DNA of 64,000 nt. Source: Escherichia phage vB-Eco-KMB26. Shown here piece after piece: positions 19,440-38,193 of this stretch; the stretch's first letter is position 1; each line of letters starts with the position of its first letter. A model generated the notes under the pieces. The model was not told the DNA's origin and searched no databases. It worked only from the letters and a program-made list of their open reading frames with translations. Position numbers and translations under genes: made by a program. The stretch lies in sequence record OR539218.1; one strand, given 5' to 3'.

Positions 19440-20436
19440 TTCAAGTGTTATCTATCGTGCGATAGTTACTTCAAAATTTAGAACAGAAAAAATGTTGAAT
19501 TTTTATAATTCAATTGGAAGTGGTCCGGATAAAAACACTATCTTTATCACATTTGGAAGATCAGAACCGTGGTCATCAAATGAAAATGAGGTGGGCTTTG
19601 CCCCACCTTATCCAACCGATTCTGTATTAGGCGTAACTGACATGTGGACGCATATGATGGGAACAGTAAAGGTTCTTCCATCAATGCTTGACGCAGTTAT
19701 TCCTCGTCGAGATTGGGGAGATACTAGATATCCGGATCCATACACATTTAGAATTAACGATATTGTAGTGTGTAACTCAGCTCCTTACAACGCTACTGAA
19801 TCAGGCGCAGGCTGGTTAGTATATCGTTGTTTAGATGTTCCTGATACTGGAATGTGTTCAATTGCATCTTTAACTGATAAGGATGAATGCCTTAAATTAG
19901 GCGGAAAATGGACACCTTCTGTTAGGTCAATGACTCCTCCTGAAGGTCGAGGAGATGCTGAAGGAACAATTGAACCTGGGGACGGGTATGTATGGGAATA
20001 TCTTTTTGAGATTCCACCCGATGTATCTATAAATAGATGCACGAATGAATATATTGTGGTTCCTTGGCCTGAGGAATTAAAAGAAGACCCGACTAGATGG
20101 GGATATGAAGATAATCTCACTTGGCAACAAGATGATTTTGGATTAATTTACCGGGTTAAGGCAAATACTATCCGTTTTAAAGCATATTTAGATTCAGTTT
20201 ATTTTCCTGATGCTGCATTGCCAGGAAATAAAGGATTTAGACAAATATCAATAATCACGAATCCTCTTGAAGCTAAAGCTCATCCAAATGACCCAAACGT
20301 TAAAGCTGAAAAGGATTATTATGATCCAGAAGATTTAATGAGGCATTCGGGCGAAATGATTTATATGGAAAATAGGCCACCTATTATCATGGCAATGGAT
20401 CAGACAGAAGAAATCAATATTCTGTTTACATTTTAA
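19432..20436 (+). CDS. 8: gp8, baseplate wedge protein
   Basis: 334-aa ORF; T4 synteny and length. Confidence 0.93.
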   Translation: MNDSSVIYRAIVTSKFRTEKMLNFYNSIGSGPDKNTIFITFGRSEPWSSNENEVGFAPPYPTDSVLGVTDMWTHMMGTVKVLPSMLDAVIPRRDWGDTRYPDPYTFRINDIVVCNSAPYNATESGAGWLVYRCLDVPDTGMCSIASLTDKDECLKLGGKWTPSVRSMTPPEGRGDAEGTIEPGDGYVWEYLFEIPPDVSINRCTNEYIVVPWPEELKEDPTRWGYEDNLTWQQDDFGLIYRVKANTIRFKAYLDSVYFPDAALPGNKGFRQISIITNPLEAKAHPNDPNVKAEKDYYDPEDLMRHSGEMIYMENRPPIIMAMDQTEEINILFTF

Positions 20437-20440
20437 ATTA

Positions 20441-20465
20441 AGGGAGCCCATGGGCTCCCTTTTTC
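20441..20465 (+). terminator. Rho-independent terminator after gene 8
   Basis: Perfect palindrome agggagcc-catg-ggctccct followed by tttt. Confidence 0.65.
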
Positions 20466-20467
20466 TT

Positions 20468-20475
20468 TATAAATA
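20468..20475 (+). promoter_or_regulatory. T4 late promoter box for gene 9
   Basis: tataaata 25 bp upstream of the gene 9 ATG. Confidence 0.6.
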
Positions 20476-20499
20476 CTATAAACTCATAAGGAAACCGCT

Positions 20500-21366
20500 A
20501 TGTTCATTCAAGAACCAAAGAAATTGATTGATACCGGCGAAATTGGTAACGCTTCTACTGGTGATATCTTATTCGACGGTGGTAATAAAATTAATAGTGA
20601 TTTTAACGCAATTTATAATGCGTTTGGCGATCAGCGTAAAATGGCAGTAGCAAATGGCACTGGAGCAGATGGTCAAATTATCCATGCTACTGGATATTAT
20701 CAAAAGCACTCTATCGCGGAGTACGCAACTCCAGTGAAAGTTGGCACTAGACATGATATTGATACCTCTACTGTAGGTGTTAAAGTTATTATTGAAAGAG
20801 GAGAACTTGGCGATTGTGTTGAATTCATTAACTCTAATGGATCAATATCAGTTACTAATCCTTTAACGATTCAGGCTATTGATTCAATTAAAGGCGTTTC
20901 AGGTAATTTAGTAGTAACTAGCCCATATAGTAAAGTAACTTTACGCTGTATTTCATCTGATAATTCTACATCGGTTTGGAATTATTCTATTGAAAGTATG
21001 TTTGGACAAAAGGAATCACCAGCTGAAGGTACATGGAATATTTCTACATCCGGATCAGTTGATATTCCACTATTTCATCGCACTGAATACAATATGGCTA
21101 AATTGCTAGTTACGTGCCAATCAGTAGATGGAAGAAAAATTAAAACAGCAGAAATAAATATTCTTGTGGATACTGTTAATTCAGAAGTTATTTCTTCTGA
21201 GTATGCTGTCATGAGAGTTGGAAATGAAACAGAAGAAGACGAGATTGCTAATATTGCATTTAGTATTAAAACCAACTATGTAACGGCGACTATAAGTTCT
21301 TCTACCGTTGGCATGAGAGCAGCAGTTAAAGTTATCGCTACGCAGAAAATCGGGGTGGCTCAATAA
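20500..21366 (+). CDS. 9: gp9, baseplate wedge / long-tail-fibre connector
   Basis: 288-aa ORF; T4 synteny and length. Confidence 0.93.
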   Translation: MFIQEPKKLIDTGEIGNASTGDILFDGGNKINSDFNAIYNAFGDQRKMAVANGTGADGQIIHATGYYQKHSIAEYATPVKVGTRHDIDTSTVGVKVIIERGELGDCVEFINSNGSISVTNPLTIQAIDSIKGVSGNLVVTSPYSKVTLRCISSDNSTSVWNYSIESMFGQKESPAEGTWNISTSGSVDIPLFHRTEYNMAKLLVTCQSVDGRKIKTAEINILVDTVNSEVISSEYAVMRVGNETEEDEIANIAFSIKTNYVTATISSSTVGMRAAVKVIATQKIGVAQ

Positions 21367-23171
21367 TGAAACAAAATATTAATATCGGTAATGTTGTTGA
21401 TGATGGTACCGGTGACTACCTGCGTAAAGGTGGTATAAAAATAAATGAAAACTTTGATGAACTTTATTATGAACTTGGCGATGGAGATGTTCCATATTCA
21501 GCCGGTGCCTGGAAAACTTATAATGCTTCATCTGGTCAAACATTAAAAGCTAAGTGGGGAAAATCATACGCTATTAATACCTCTTCTGGAAGAGTAACTT
21601 TACAACTTCCTAAAGGAACTGTTAATGATTATAATAAAGTAATTAGAGCTAGGGATGTATTTGCAACATGGAACATTAATCCAGTTACTTTAGTAGCTGC
21701 TTCTGGAGATACAATTAAAGGGTCGTCATCATCGGTTGAAATTAATACTCAATTTAGTGATTTAGAGCTCGTTTATTGCGCTCCAGGACGTTGGGAGTAT
21801 GTCAAAAACAAACAAATTGACAAAATTATTAGTTCAGATATTAGTAATGTAGCACGTAAAGAATTTTTAGTCGAAGTTCAAGGACAAACGGACTTTTTAG
21901 ATGTTTTCCGCGGAACTAGCTATAATGTTAATAACATCCGAGTAAAACACCGTGGTAATGAATTATATTACGGCGATGTATTTAGTGAAAACAGTGACTT
22001 TGGCTCTCCTGGGGAAAATGAAGGAGAATTGATTCCTCTTGATGGATTTAATATTAGGTTAAGACAGCCTTGTAATATTGGTGACACTGTTCAAATTGAA
22101 ACATTTATGGATGGTATATCACAATGGAGAAGTTCATATACAAGACGCCAAATAAAAGTATTAGATTCAAAATTAACGTCAAAAACTTCTTTAGAAGGAA
22201 GTATTTACGTTACTGATTTATCAACAATGAAATCAATTCCATTCTCTGCATTTGGATTAATTCCTGGAGAACCTATTAATCCTAATTCTCTTGAAGTTCG
22301 TTTTAATGGAATTTTACAACAACAAGCTGGAACAGCAGGATATCCTCTGTTTTTGTGTGAAGGTGCTAACTCAGATACGCAAGCAGGATGTATATCTCTT
22401 GGTGGTGAATGGAAAGAATCGAACACAGATTATTCTATAGAATATGAAGATGGAAAACCTGTCAGTCTTTTATTTGATAGAAAATTTGAATCAGGTGATA
22501 TAATCGTTATAACATGGTTTAATAATGATTTAGGAACTCTTTTAGAAAAAGATGACATTATTGAATTAACTGATGACCGTTATGTTAGTAAAGGATCATC
22601 TACCGAAGTTACTGGTGATGTAGCCTTAACAGATTTTGATAAAATCGGTTGGCCAAATGTTGAAAAAGTTGATTCTTATACTAGAACGTATAATTCAATA
22701 TCATCTATTTTCGATAGCATTTATCCTGTAGGTTCAATTTATGAAAATGCTATAAATCCAAATAATCCGGTGACTTATATGGGATTTGGTTCATGGAAAT
22801 TATTTGGTAAAGGACAAGTTTTAGTAGGATGGAATGATGATGTTACGGATCCAAACTTTGCTTTAAACAATAATGATTTAGATTCTAGCGGAAATCCTTC
22901 ACATACTGCCGGTGGAACAGTTGGAACAACATCGGTGACACTTGAGAACGCAAATCTTCCTGCGACTAAAACTGATGAAAAAGTTTTAATTGAAGATGAA
23001 AACGGATCAGTTATTATTGGAGGTTGTCAATATGACCCAGACGAAACTGGTCCTATATATACAAAATATCGTGAAGACTACGCAACAACAAACTCTTCAC
23101 ATACTCCTCCTACTAATATTAGTAATATTCAACCGTCTATTACTGTATACCGTTGGATAAGGATTGCATAA
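21366..23171 (+). CDS. 10: gp10, baseplate wedge / tail pin
   Basis: 601-aa ORF; TAATG overlap with gene 9 stop; T4 synteny. Confidence 0.93.
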   Translation: MKQNINIGNVVDDGTGDYLRKGGIKINENFDELYYELGDGDVPYSAGAWKTYNASSGQTLKAKWGKSYAINTSSGRVTLQLPKGTVNDYNKVIRARDVFATWNINPVTLVAASGDTIKGSSSSVEINTQFSDLELVYCAPGRWEYVKNKQIDKIISSDISNVARKEFLVEVQGQTDFLDVFRGTSYNVNNIRVKHRGNELYYGDVFSENSDFGSPGENEGELIPLDGFNIRLRQPCNIGDTVQIETFMDGISQWRSSYTRRQIKVLDSKLTSKTSLEGSIYVTDLSTMKSIPFSAFGLIPGEPINPNSLEVRFNGILQQQAGTAGYPLFLCEGANSDTQAGCISLGGEWKESNTDYSIEYEDGKPVSLLFDRKFESGDIIVITWFNNDLGTLLEKDDIIELTDDRYVSKGSSTEVTGDVALTDFDKIGWPNVEKVDSYTRTYNSISSIFDSIYPVGSIYENAINPNNPVTYMGFGSWKLFGKGQVLVGWNDDVTDPNFALNNNDLDSSGNPSHTAGGTVGTTSVTLENANLPATKTDEKVLIEDENGSVIIGGCQYDPDETGPIYTKYREDYATTNSSHTPPTNISNIQPSITVYRWIRIA

Positions 23172-23830
23172 TGAGTTTACTTAATAATAAAGCGGGAGTT
23201 ATTTCCCGCTTAGCAGATTTTCTTGGTTTTAGAACTAAGAAAAATGATATTTCGGTTATGAATAATCAGCCAGTAGGCGCTGTAACAATTTCACAAATAG
23301 CAAAAGGTTTTTATGACCCGAATGTAGAATCTGCTATCAATGATGTTAGAAATATGGCAGAGCAACCGGTTGGAGCTGTATTAGTTAATATAAGCGGCGT
23401 ATCTCCTACTGGCGTGCAACAAACCGACTATTGGTCATTTGAAGGAACTGTTACTGATACTTCAGTCAAATCAGGTGACCCAGTTATTGTTAACATGTTT
23501 GGTATTCCAGTTAAAGCTACTAATGGAATGACTTCAATTGAATTTACTAGTGCCGTTAGAATAGCTCTACAGGAAATGGTTGTAAAATTTATTGCAATTG
23601 ATTCATTTGAAGACCATCCTACCATAGGAAATAAAATACAAGTTAAGTATTTAGATAACCAAGAACATATCTTAGAACAATACTCTGATAAAGGAATTAC
23701 TTTCAAACAGGAAATAATTTCTCCTTCTAAACCTGGGTATGGAACTTGGCAATTATTAGGTGCGCAAACTGTTACGCTAGATAGTCACACACAACCTACA
23801 GTATTTTATTATTTTGAGAGAGTAGCATGA
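23171..23830 (+). CDS. 11: gp11, baseplate wedge / short-tail-fibre attachment
   Basis: ORF track starts at TTG 23153; ATG at 23171 ([14 protein letters not shown]...) overlaps gene 10 stop (TAATG) and gives 219 aa. Confidence 0.9.
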   Translation: MSLLNNKAGVISRLADFLGFRTKKNDISVMNNQPVGAVTISQIAKGFYDPNVESAINDVRNMAEQPVGAVLVNISGVSPTGVQQTDYWSFEGTVTDTSVKSGDPVIVNMFGIPVKATNGMTSIEFTSAVRIALQEMVVKFIAIDSFEDHPTIGNKIQVKYLDNQEHILEQYSDKGITFKQEIISPSKPGYGTWQLLGAQTVTLDSHTQPTVFYYFERVA

Positions 23831-25377
23831 GTAACAATACATATCAGCACGTATCAAATGAATCAAAATATGTTAAATTCGATCCTACTGGATCGAATTT
23901 TCCTGGCACTGTTACGACAGTACAGTCTGCATTATCAAAAATAAGTAATATCGGCGTAAATGGTATTCCTGATGCAACTATGGAAGTTAAAGGAATAGCA
24001 ATGATTGCGTCAGAGCAAGAGGTTTTAGATGGAACTAATAATTCTAAAATCGTTACACCAGCTACATTAGCAACAAGATTATTGTATCCAAATGCTACTG
24101 AAACTAAATATGGTTTAACGCGTTATTCAACAAATGAAGAAACATTAAAAGGCTCAGATAATAATTCATCAATAACACCACAAAAACTGAAATACCACAC
24201 TGACGATGTGTTCAAAAATAGATATTCGTCTGAGTCATCAAACGGGGTTATTAAAATATCATCTACACCTGCAGCTTTGGCTGGAGTTGATGATACTACT
24301 GCGATGACTCCGCTAAAAACCCAAAAACTTGCAATAAAATTAATTTCGCAAATAGCTCCTTCAGAAGACACTGCAACAGAATCGGTGAGAGGAGTAGTTC
24401 AATTATCTACTGTTGCACAAATTCGTCAAGGAACTCTCCGCGAAGGATATGCAATTTCCCCGTATACCTTTATGAATTCTGTTGCAACACATGAATATAA
24501 GGGTGTTATACGCCTAGGAACGCAGACTGAAATTAATAATAATTTGGGTGGTGTTGCAGTAACAGGTGAAACACTAAATGGTCGAGGAGCTACCGGTTCT
24601 ATGCGTGGAGTAGTTAAATTAACGACGCAAGCCGGTATTGCCCCTGAAGGTGATAGCTCTGGAGCATTAGCATGGAACGCAGATGTAATTAATACTCGTG
24701 GTGGACAAACTATTAATGGTTCTTTAAATTTAGACCATCTTACAGCAAATGGAATTTGGTCACGCGGTGGAATGTGGAAAAATGGCGATCAACCTGTTGC
24801 CACTGAAAGATATGCGTCCGAACGAGTTCCGGTTGGAACTATTATGATGTTTGCGGGTGATTCAGCACCTCCAGGTTGGATTATGTGTCATGGTGGAACC
24901 GTGTCAGGTGACCAATTTCCTGATTATAGAAACGTAGTTGGAACAAGATTTGGTGGCGATTGGAATAATCCTGGCGTTCCTGATATGCGGGGTCTTTTCG
25001 TCAGAGGAGCCGGCACAGGCGGTCATATTTTAAATCAACGTGGACAAGATGGCTATGGAAAGGATAGACTGGGCGTAGGATGTGACGGAATGCATGTTGG
25101 TGGTGTTCAGGCACAACAAATGTCATACCATAAACATGCTGGTGGTTGGGGTGAATATAACAGAAGTGAAGGCCCATTTGGCGCGTCAGTTTATCAAGGA
25201 TATCTTGGAACTAGAAAATATTCCGACTGGGATAATGCTTCATACTTCACTAATGATGGATTTGAATTAGGTGGACCGAGAGATGCTCATGGTACACTTA
25301 ATCGTGAAGGATTAATTGGTTATGAAACTAGACCATGGAATATATCATTAAACTATATTATTAAAGTTCATTACTAA
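23827..25377 (+). CDS. 12: gp12, short tail fibre
   Basis: 516-aa ORF overlapping gene 11 stop; T4 synteny. Confidence 0.9.
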   Translation: MSNNTYQHVSNESKYVKFDPTGSNFPGTVTTVQSALSKISNIGVNGIPDATMEVKGIAMIASEQEVLDGTNNSKIVTPATLATRLLYPNATETKYGLTRYSTNEETLKGSDNNSSITPQKLKYHTDDVFKNRYSSESSNGVIKISSTPAALAGVDDTTAMTPLKTQKLAIKLISQIAPSEDTATESVRGVVQLSTVAQIRQGTLREGYAISPYTFMNSVATHEYKGVIRLGTQTEINNNLGGVAVTGETLNGRGATGSMRGVVKLTTQAGIAPEGDSSGALAWNADVINTRGGQTINGSLNLDHLTANGIWSRGGMWKNGDQPVATERYASERVPVGTIMMFAGDSAPPGWIMCHGGTVSGDQFPDYRNVVGTRFGGDWNNPGVPDMRGLFVRGAGTGGHILNQRGQDGYGKDRLGVGCDGMHVGGVQAQQMSYHKHAGGWGEYNRSEGPFGASVYQGYLGTRKYSDWDNASYFTNDGFELGGPRDAHGTLNREGLIGYETRPWNISLNYIIKVHY

Positions 25378-25386
25378 GGATTACAA

Positions 25387-26844
25387 ATGATTGAATTAAA
25401 AGAGTTACCTTTTGTTGATAGCGTTCCTGACGAAGGTCAGGAACGTATTTCATGGATTAAAAATGGTGAAGAAATATTAGGAGCTAGTACTAAGTATGGA
25501 AATGATGGATCAATGAATAGACCAATTGTTTCCGTGTTTAAAAACGTCGAAGTTCTTGATGAAAATGTGGGAATTCTTAAAACTGCCATTGAAACATCAC
25601 AGAAAGATATTAAAACAATTCAAGGAGTTTTAGATGTATCAGGAGATATAGAAGCACTATCGCAGATCAGTGTTAATAAAAATGACATATCGAATTTAAA
25701 GACACTTACCAGTGAACACACTGATATATTAACTGGAACTAATAATACAGTTGACAAAATTATTGCTGATATAGGTCCATTTAATGATGAAGAAAACTCT
25801 GTTTATAGAACAATTAGAAATGATTTATTGTGGATTAAACAGGAATTAGGACAATATTCTGGCCAAGACATTAACGGTCTTCCTGTTGTTGGTAATGCTA
25901 GCACAGGAATGAAACACAGAATAATAACAAACAGTACATTATTATCTTCACAGGGCATTCGTTTAAGCGAATTAGAAAATAAATTTACTGAATCTGACGT
26001 AGGATCATTAACTGTTGAAGTTGGTAAATTACGTGATGAACTTGGTAATAAACCAGTAGATTTTGGGCCAAATATTTATAATAGATTAAACACCATAGAT
26101 GATAAACAAACTTTAATAATTTCTGATATAGCAGAAATTAAATCTTCTATTGGATACCCAGAAAATGTTTCTATAATAACAGAAATTAATAATAACAAAA
26201 GTAGCATTGAAGCTATTAATAATGAATTAAATCAGAGTGAAGGTGTTAAACAGCGCTTAACGGCTATTGAAACTTCTATAGGTTCAGATGATATTCCTTC
26301 TAGTATTAAAGGAAAAATTAAAAATCACACAACTTCTATTGAGTCTTTAAACGGAATTGTTGGTGAAAACACTTCGTCTGGTTTAAGAGCGAATGTTTCG
26401 TGGTTAAATCAAATTGTTGGAACTGACTCCAGCGGAGGACAACCGTCTCCTTCTGGATCTCTATTAAATAAAGTTTCAGTGCTTGAAGGAGAAGTTTCAG
26501 TTTTAAACAATAATGTTCAAAATATACAAGTTGAAATAGGAAATAATAGAACAGGAATTAAAGGTCAAGTTATTGAACTTACTTCACTTATAAATGGAAA
26601 TAATCCTGACGGATCAACTGTTGAAGAACGAGGATTAACTAATTCTATAAAAACGAATGAAACCAACATTGCGGCAGTCACACATGAAGTAAATACAGCT
26701 AAAGACAATATATCCTCTTTACAGAGCAGCGTTCAAGCTCTACAAGAAGCAGGTTATATTCCTGAAGCTCCAAAAGATGGCCAAGCTTACGTTCGTAAAG
26801 ACGGCGAATGGGTACTACTTTCTACCTTTTTATCACCAGCATAA
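25387..26844 (+). CDS. wac: Fibritin (whisker antigen control)
   Basis: 485-aa ORF, coiled-coil heptads; C-terminal foldon [27 protein letters not shown]. Confidence 0.95.
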   Translation: MIELKELPFVDSVPDEGQERISWIKNGEEILGASTKYGNDGSMNRPIVSVFKNVEVLDENVGILKTAIETSQKDIKTIQGVLDVSGDIEALSQISVNKNDISNLKTLTSEHTDILTGTNNTVDKIIADIGPFNDEENSVYRTIRNDLLWIKQELGQYSGQDINGLPVVGNASTGMKHRIITNSTLLSSQGIRLSELENKFTESDVGSLTVEVGKLRDELGNKPVDFGPNIYNRLNTIDDKQTLIISDIAEIKSSIGYPENVSIITEINNNKSSIEAINNELNQSEGVKQRLTAIETSIGSDDIPSSIKGKIKNHTTSIESLNGIVGENTSSGLRANVSWLNQIVGTDSSGGQPSPSGSLLNKVSVLEGEVSVLNNNVQNIQVEIGNNRTGIKGQVIELTSLINGNNPDGSTVEERGLTNSIKTNETNIAAVTHEVNTAKDNISSLQSSVQALQEAGYIPEAPKDGQAYVRKDGEWVLLSTFLSPA

Positions 26845-26875
26845 CATGGGGCCGCAAGGCCCCAAAGGATTTTAA

Positions 26876-28577
<1,702 letters not shown>

Positions 28578-28618
28578 TAAATATTATAAACTAATTAAAG
28601 CCCAGATTAGGAGAAATC

Positions 28619-31759
<3,141 letters not shown>

Positions 31760-31787
31760 TATTAAAGCATATTAAAGAGGATTAAAA

Positions 31788-33767
31788 ATGACTTTATTAT
31801 CTCCGGGCATTGAGCTCAAAGAAACTACGGTTCAAAGCACCGTGGTTAATAACTCTACTGGTACAGCAGCTTTGGCCGGTAAATTCCAGTGGGGTCCTGC
31901 TTTTCAGATTAAACAGGTTACAAACGAAGTAGATTTAGTTAATACTTTTGGTCAACCTACAGCTGAAACTGCTGACTATTTTATGTCTGCAATGAATTTC
32001 TTACAATATGGAAATGATTTGCGAGTTGTGCGCGCTGTCGATAGAGATACCGCTAAAAACTCATCTCCGATTGCTGGTAATATTGAATACACAATTTCTA
32101 CCCCAGGTAGTAACTACGCGGTTGGAGATAAAATCACGGTCAAATATGTTTCAGAAGATGTTGAAACAGAAGGTAAAATTACCGAAGTAGATGCTGATGG
32201 AAAAATTAAGAAAATTAATATTCCTACTGCAAAAATTATTGCTAAAGCTAAAGAAGTTGGCGAATACCCAACATTAGGTTCTAACTGGACTGCAGAAATT
32301 TCTTCATCTTCTTCCGGTTTAGCTGCAGTAATAACTCTTGGAAAAATTATTACTGATTCTGGTATTTTATTAGCTGAAATTGAAAATGCTGAAGCTGCTA
32401 TGACAGCGGTTGACTTTCAAGCAAATCTTGAAAAATATGGAATTCCAGGAGTAGTAGCTCTCTATCCAGGCGAATTAGGCGATAAAATTGAAATTGAAAT
32501 CGTATCTAAAGCTGACTATGCGAAAGGCGCTTCTGCATTACTGCCAATTTATCCAGGTGGTGGTACTCGTGCATCTACTGCCAAGGCAGTATTTGGATAT
32601 GGGCCGCAGACTGACTCACAGTACGCTATTATAGTTCGTCGAAATGATGCTATTGTTCAAAGCGTTGTTCTTTCAACTAAGCGTGGTGAAAAAGATATTT
32701 ACGATAGTAACATCTATATCGATGACTTTTTCGCAAAAGGTGGTTCAGAATATATTTTTGCAACTGCACAAAACTGGCCAGAAGGCTTCTCTGGAATTTT
32801 AACTCTGTCTGGTGGATTATCATCAAATGCTGAAGTAACAGCAGGAGATTTAATGGAAGCTTGGGACTTCTTTGCTGACCGTGAATCTGTTGATGTTCAA
32901 CTGTTTATTGCGGGTTCTTGTGCCGGTGAATCTTTAGAAACAGCATCTACTGTCCAAAAACACGTCGTTTCAATTGGAGATGCTCGCCAAGATTGCTTAG
33001 TATTGTGCTCTCCTCCGCGTGAAACTGTAGTTGGAATTCCTGTAACTCGTGCAGTAGATAATTTAGTTAACTGGAGAACTGCGGCAGGTTCATACACTGA
33101 TAATAACTTTAATATCAGTTCAACCTATGCAGCAATCGACGGCAACTACAAATATCAGTATGACAAATATAATGATGTGAATCGTTGGGTTCCATTAGCA
33201 GCTGATATTGCCGGTTTATGCGCGAGAACTGATAACGTTTCTCAGACTTGGATGTCTCCAGCTGGTTATAATCGTGGTCAGATTCTTAACGTTATTAAAC
33301 TTGCTATTGAAACTCGCCAAGCTCAGCGCGACCGTTTATATCAAGAAGCTATCAACCCAGTAACTGGTACAGGTGGTGATGGTTACGTATTGTATGGTGA
33401 TAAAACAGCTACTTCTGTTCCTTCTCCATTTGATCGTATTAACGTTCGTCGTCTGTTTAATATGTTGAAAACGAATATCGGACGTAGTTCAAAATATCGT
33501 TTGTTCGAATTAAACAACGCGTTTACTCGTTCATCATTCCGCACAGAAACTGCCCAATACTTACAGGGAATTAAAGCTCTCGGTGGAATTTATGAATATC
33601 GTGTAGTTTGCGATACAACAAATAACACTCCGTCAGTAATTGATAGAAATGAGTTTGTTGCAACATTCTACATTCAACCGGCGCGCAGTATAAATTATAT
33701 TACTTTGAATTTCGTCGCAACTGCTACTGGTGCAGATTTCGATGAGTTAACTGGTCTTGCTGGTTAA
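31788..33767 (+). CDS. 18: gp18, contractile tail sheath protein
   Basis: 659-aa ORF; T4 synteny and length. Confidence 0.95.
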   Translation: MTLLSPGIELKETTVQSTVVNNSTGTAALAGKFQWGPAFQIKQVTNEVDLVNTFGQPTAETADYFMSAMNFLQYGNDLRVVRAVDRDTAKNSSPIAGNIEYTISTPGSNYAVGDKITVKYVSEDVETEGKITEVDADGKIKKINIPTAKIIAKAKEVGEYPTLGSNWTAEISSSSSGLAAVITLGKIITDSGILLAEIENAEAAMTAVDFQANLEKYGIPGVVALYPGELGDKIEIEIVSKADYAKGASALLPIYPGGGTRASTAKAVFGYGPQTDSQYAIIVRRNDAIVQSVVLSTKRGEKDIYDSNIYIDDFFAKGGSEYIFATAQNWPEGFSGILTLSGGLSSNAEVTAGDLMEAWDFFADRESVDVQLFIAGSCAGESLETASTVQKHVVSIGDARQDCLVLCSPPRETVVGIPVTRAVDNLVNWRTAAGSYTDNNFNISSTYAAIDGNYKYQYDKYNDVNRWVPLAADIAGLCARTDNVSQTWMSPAGYNRGQILNVIKLAIETRQAQRDRLYQEAINPVTGTGGDGYVLYGDKTATSVPSPFDRINVRRLFNMLKTNIGRSSKYRLFELNNAFTRSSFRTETAQYLQGIKALGGIYEYRVVCDTTNNTPSVIDRNEFVATFYIQPARSINYITLNFVATATGADFDELTGLAG

Positions 33768-33802
33768 TACGGTGCATTCTAAAGGCCTGTTTCGGCAGGC
33801 CA

Positions 33803-33869
33803 TATAAATACACTATATCCTTAATTCTTTAATTCTATATGCCCTAGGTTAAACATAGGGATATAAATA
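33803..33869 (+). promoter_or_regulatory. Two T4 late promoter boxes upstream of gene 19
   Basis: tataaata at 33803-33810 and 33862-33869 in the 116-bp intergenic region; preceded by hairpin ggcctg-tttcgg-caggcc. Confidence 0.6.
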
Positions 33870-33883
33870 CTACAGAGGCTAAT

Positions 33884-34375
33884 ATGTTTGTAGATGATGT
33901 AACACGAGCGTTTGAATCTGGTGATTTTGCTCGACCTAACTTATTCCAAGTAGAAATTTCTTATCTTGGACAAAATTTTACATTCCAATGTAAAGCCACT
34001 GCTTTACCAGCTGGTATTGTAGAAAAAATTCCAGTCGGATTTATGAACCGTAAAATTAACGTAGCAGGCGATCGTACATTCGATGACTGGACTGTTACAG
34101 TAATGAACGATGAAGCTCATGATGCTCGCCAGAAGTTTGTTGATTGGCAAAGCATTGCTGCTGGTCAAGGAAACGAAATTACTGGTGGAAAACCTGCAGA
34201 GTATAAAAAGAGCGCTATTGTTCGTCAATATGCTCGTGATGCTAAAACAGTAACAAAAGAAATTGAAATTAAAGGTCTGTGGCCTACTAACGTGGGTGAA
34301 CTTCAATTAGATTGGGATTCAAACAATGAAATCCAAACCTTTGAAGTAACTCTTGCTCTCGATTATTGGGAATAA
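33884..34375 (+). CDS. 19: gp19, tail tube protein
   Basis: 163-aa ORF; T4 synteny 18-19-20. Confidence 0.95.
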   Translation: MFVDDVTRAFESGDFARPNLFQVEISYLGQNFTFQCKATALPAGIVEKIPVGFMNRKINVAGDRTFDDWTVTVMNDEAHDARQKFVDWQSIAAGQGNEITGGKPAEYKKSAIVRQYARDAKTVTKEIEIKGLWPTNVGELQLDWDSNNEIQTFEVTLALDYWE

Positions 34376-34407
34376 AATGAATGGGGAGAAATCCCCATCC
34401 TGCTTAA

Positions 34408-36032
<1,625 letters not shown>

Positions 36033-36033
<1 letters not shown>

Positions 36034-36272
36034 TGGAAGGTTTAATTGAAGCTATTAAATCAAACGACCTCGTAGCCGCTCGTAAATTATTTGCTGAAGC
36101 CATGGCTGCAAGAACGACTGATTTAATTAAAGAAGAAAAAATCGCTATCGCTCGTAATTTCTTAATCGAAGGTGAAGAACCTGATGACGAGGATGATGAC
36201 GAAGACGAAGATAGTGATGATAAAGACGACAAAAAAGACAAAGACTCTGACGAAGACGAGGATGATGAATAA
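36033..36272 (+). CDS. 67: gp67, prohead core protein (acidic C-terminal tail)
   Basis: 79-aa ORF with D/E-rich tail [32 protein letters not shown]; TAATG coupling to gene 20. Confidence 0.88.
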
Positions 36273-36697
36273 TGCTTCTGATCCCTGAAACTCATGAATT
36301 AGTTCTCGAGAATGTCGAAGCACTTATTCCTGAAGCACAGGGTCGCTTTGACGAATTGTCTTCTGCTTTAAATAAAGACGATATAAATACAATTGTCGAG
36401 AATATGCTTGATGATGAAACTGATTTAGCGGTTGCATTAGCTTCTATTAATGAAAATATGCCGTTAAATGAATTTATCGTTAAACATGTTTCTGCCCGTG
36501 GTGAAATTACTCGCACTAAAGATCGCAAAACCCGCGAACGTAATGCATTTCAAACTACCGGGTTGTCTAAAGCAAAACGTAGACAAATTGCTCGTAAAGC
36601 TACCAAAACGAAGATTGCCAATCCAGCAGGTCAATCTCGTGCTCAGCGTAAGCGTAAAAAAGCTCTTAAACGCCGTAAAGCATTAGGATTAAGCTAA
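36272..36697 (+). CDS. 68: gp68, prohead core protein
   Basis: 141-aa ORF with basic C-terminus; TAATG coupling on both sides. Confidence 0.88.
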
Positions 36698-37335
36698 TGA
36701 ATGAACCCCAATTACTAATTGAAACTTGGGGTCAACCTGGCGAAATTATTGATGGCGTACCAATGCTTGAATCTCATGATGGAAAAGACTTAGGTTTAAA
36801 ACCGGGTTTATACATCGAAGGAATATTCATGCAAGCGGAAGTCGTCAATAGAAATAAACGTCTTTATCCAAAACGTATATTAGAAAAAGCGGTAAAAGAC
36901 TATATTAATGAGCAAGTTTTAACTAAACAAGCTCTCGGAGAATTAAATCATCCTCCACGCGCTAATGTTGACCCGATGCAAGCCGCTATCATTATAGAAG
37001 ATATGTGGTGGAAAGGAAATGACGTATACGGACGAGCTCGTGTTATTGAAGGTGACCACGGTCCTGGAGATAAATTAGCAGCTAATATTCGTGCCGGATG
37101 GATTCCAGGAGTTTCTTCTCGTGGATTAGGTTCATTGACTGACACAAATAAAGGTTATCGTATCGTAAACGAAGGATTCAAATTAACTGTAGGTGTTGAT
37201 GCAGTATGGGGTCCAAGTGCTCCAGATGCATGGGTAACTCCTAAGGAAATTACCGAATCACAGACGGCGGAAGCCGATACAAGTGCCGATGACGCCTATA
37301 TGGCTCTCGCAGAGGCCATGAAAAAAGCGTTATAA
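36697..37335 (+). CDS. 21: gp21, prohead core scaffold protease
   Basis: 212-aa ORF; T4 synteny 68-21-22. Confidence 0.93.
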   Translation: MNEPQLLIETWGQPGEIIDGVPMLESHDGKDLGLKPGLYIEGIFMQAEVVNRNKRLYPKRILEKAVKDYINEQVLTKQALGELNHPPRANVDPMQAAIIIEDMWWKGNDVYGRARVIEGDHGPGDKLAANIRAGWIPGVSSRGLGSLTDTNKGYRIVNEGFKLTVGVDAVWGPSAPDAWVTPKEITESQTAEADTSADDAYMALAEAMKKAL

Positions 37336-37338
37336 ATA
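37331..37338 (+). promoter_or_regulatory. T4 late promoter box for gene 22
   Basis: tataaata overlapping the gene 21 stop, 28 bp upstream of gene 22. Confidence 0.6.
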
Positions 37339-37365
37339 TTATTATCTAAACAACAGGACTACAAA

Positions 37366-38175
37366 ATGCTTAAAGAACAACTGATTGCTGAAGCGCAAAA
37401 AATTGATGCTTCCGTTGCTCTTGATAGTATTTTCGAATCAGTTAATATTTCTCCGGAAGCAAAAGAAACTTTCGGCACTGTATTCGAAGCTACCGTCAAG
37501 CAGCACGCCGTTAAATTAGCTGAATCTCATATCGCTAAAATTGCTGAAAAAGCAGAAGAAGAAGTAGAAAAAAATAAAGAAGAAGCAGAAGAAAAAGCTG
37601 AGAAGAAAATCGCTGAGCAAGCTTCTAAATTCCTTGACCATCTTGCAAAAGAATGGCTCACTGAAAATAAATTAGCAGTAGATAAAGGTATCAAAGCCGA
37701 ACTGTTTGAATCCATGCTTGGTGGATTGAAAGAGCTCTTCGTTGAACACAACGTTGTTGTTCCAGAAGAATCAGTTGATGTTGTAGCTGAAATGGAAGAA
37801 GAACTGCAAGAACATAAAGAAGAATCAGCTCGTCTGTTCGAAGAACTCAATAAGCGTGACGCATATATCAATTATGTGCAGCGTGAAGTGGCATTGAGCG
37901 AAAGTACTAAAGATCTGACTGAGTCTCAAAAAGAAAAAGTCTCTGCTCTGGTCGAAGGTATGGATTATTCAGATGCATTCTCAAGTAAATTGAGTGCAAT
38001 CGTAGAAATGGTGAAGAAATCTAATAAAGATGAAAGCACTATTACTGAGAGTATAAATACTCCTGATACTGAAGCAGCCGGACTGAATTTCGTCACTGAA
38101 GCTGTAGAAGATAAATCTGCACAAGGTGCAGAAGATATTGTAAGTGTATATGCGAAAGTCGCATCTCGTTTCTAA
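37366..38175 (+). CDS. 22: gp22, major prohead scaffolding core protein
   Basis: 269-aa helical E/K-rich ORF; T4 synteny. Confidence 0.93.
   Translation: MLKEQLIAEAQKIDASVALDSIFESVNISPEAKETFGTVFEATVKQHAVKLAESHIAKIAEKAEEEVEKNKEEAEEKAEKKIAEQASKFLDHLAKEWLTENKLAVDKGIKAELFESMLGGLKELFVEHNVVVPEESVDVVAEMEEELQEHKEESARLFEELNKRDAYINYVQREVALSESTKDLTESQKEKVSALVEGMDYSDAFSSKLSAIVEMVKKSNKDESTITESINTPDTEAAGLNFVTEAVEDKSAQGAEDIVSVYAKVASRF
38052..38059 (+). promoter_or_regulatory. Candidate late promoter for gene 23, inside the 3' end of gene 22
   Basis: tataaata ~135 bp upstream of the gene 23 ATG; no box in the short 22-23 intergenic gap. Confidence 0.4.
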
Positions 38176-38193
38176 TTTTAAAGGTTAACACAA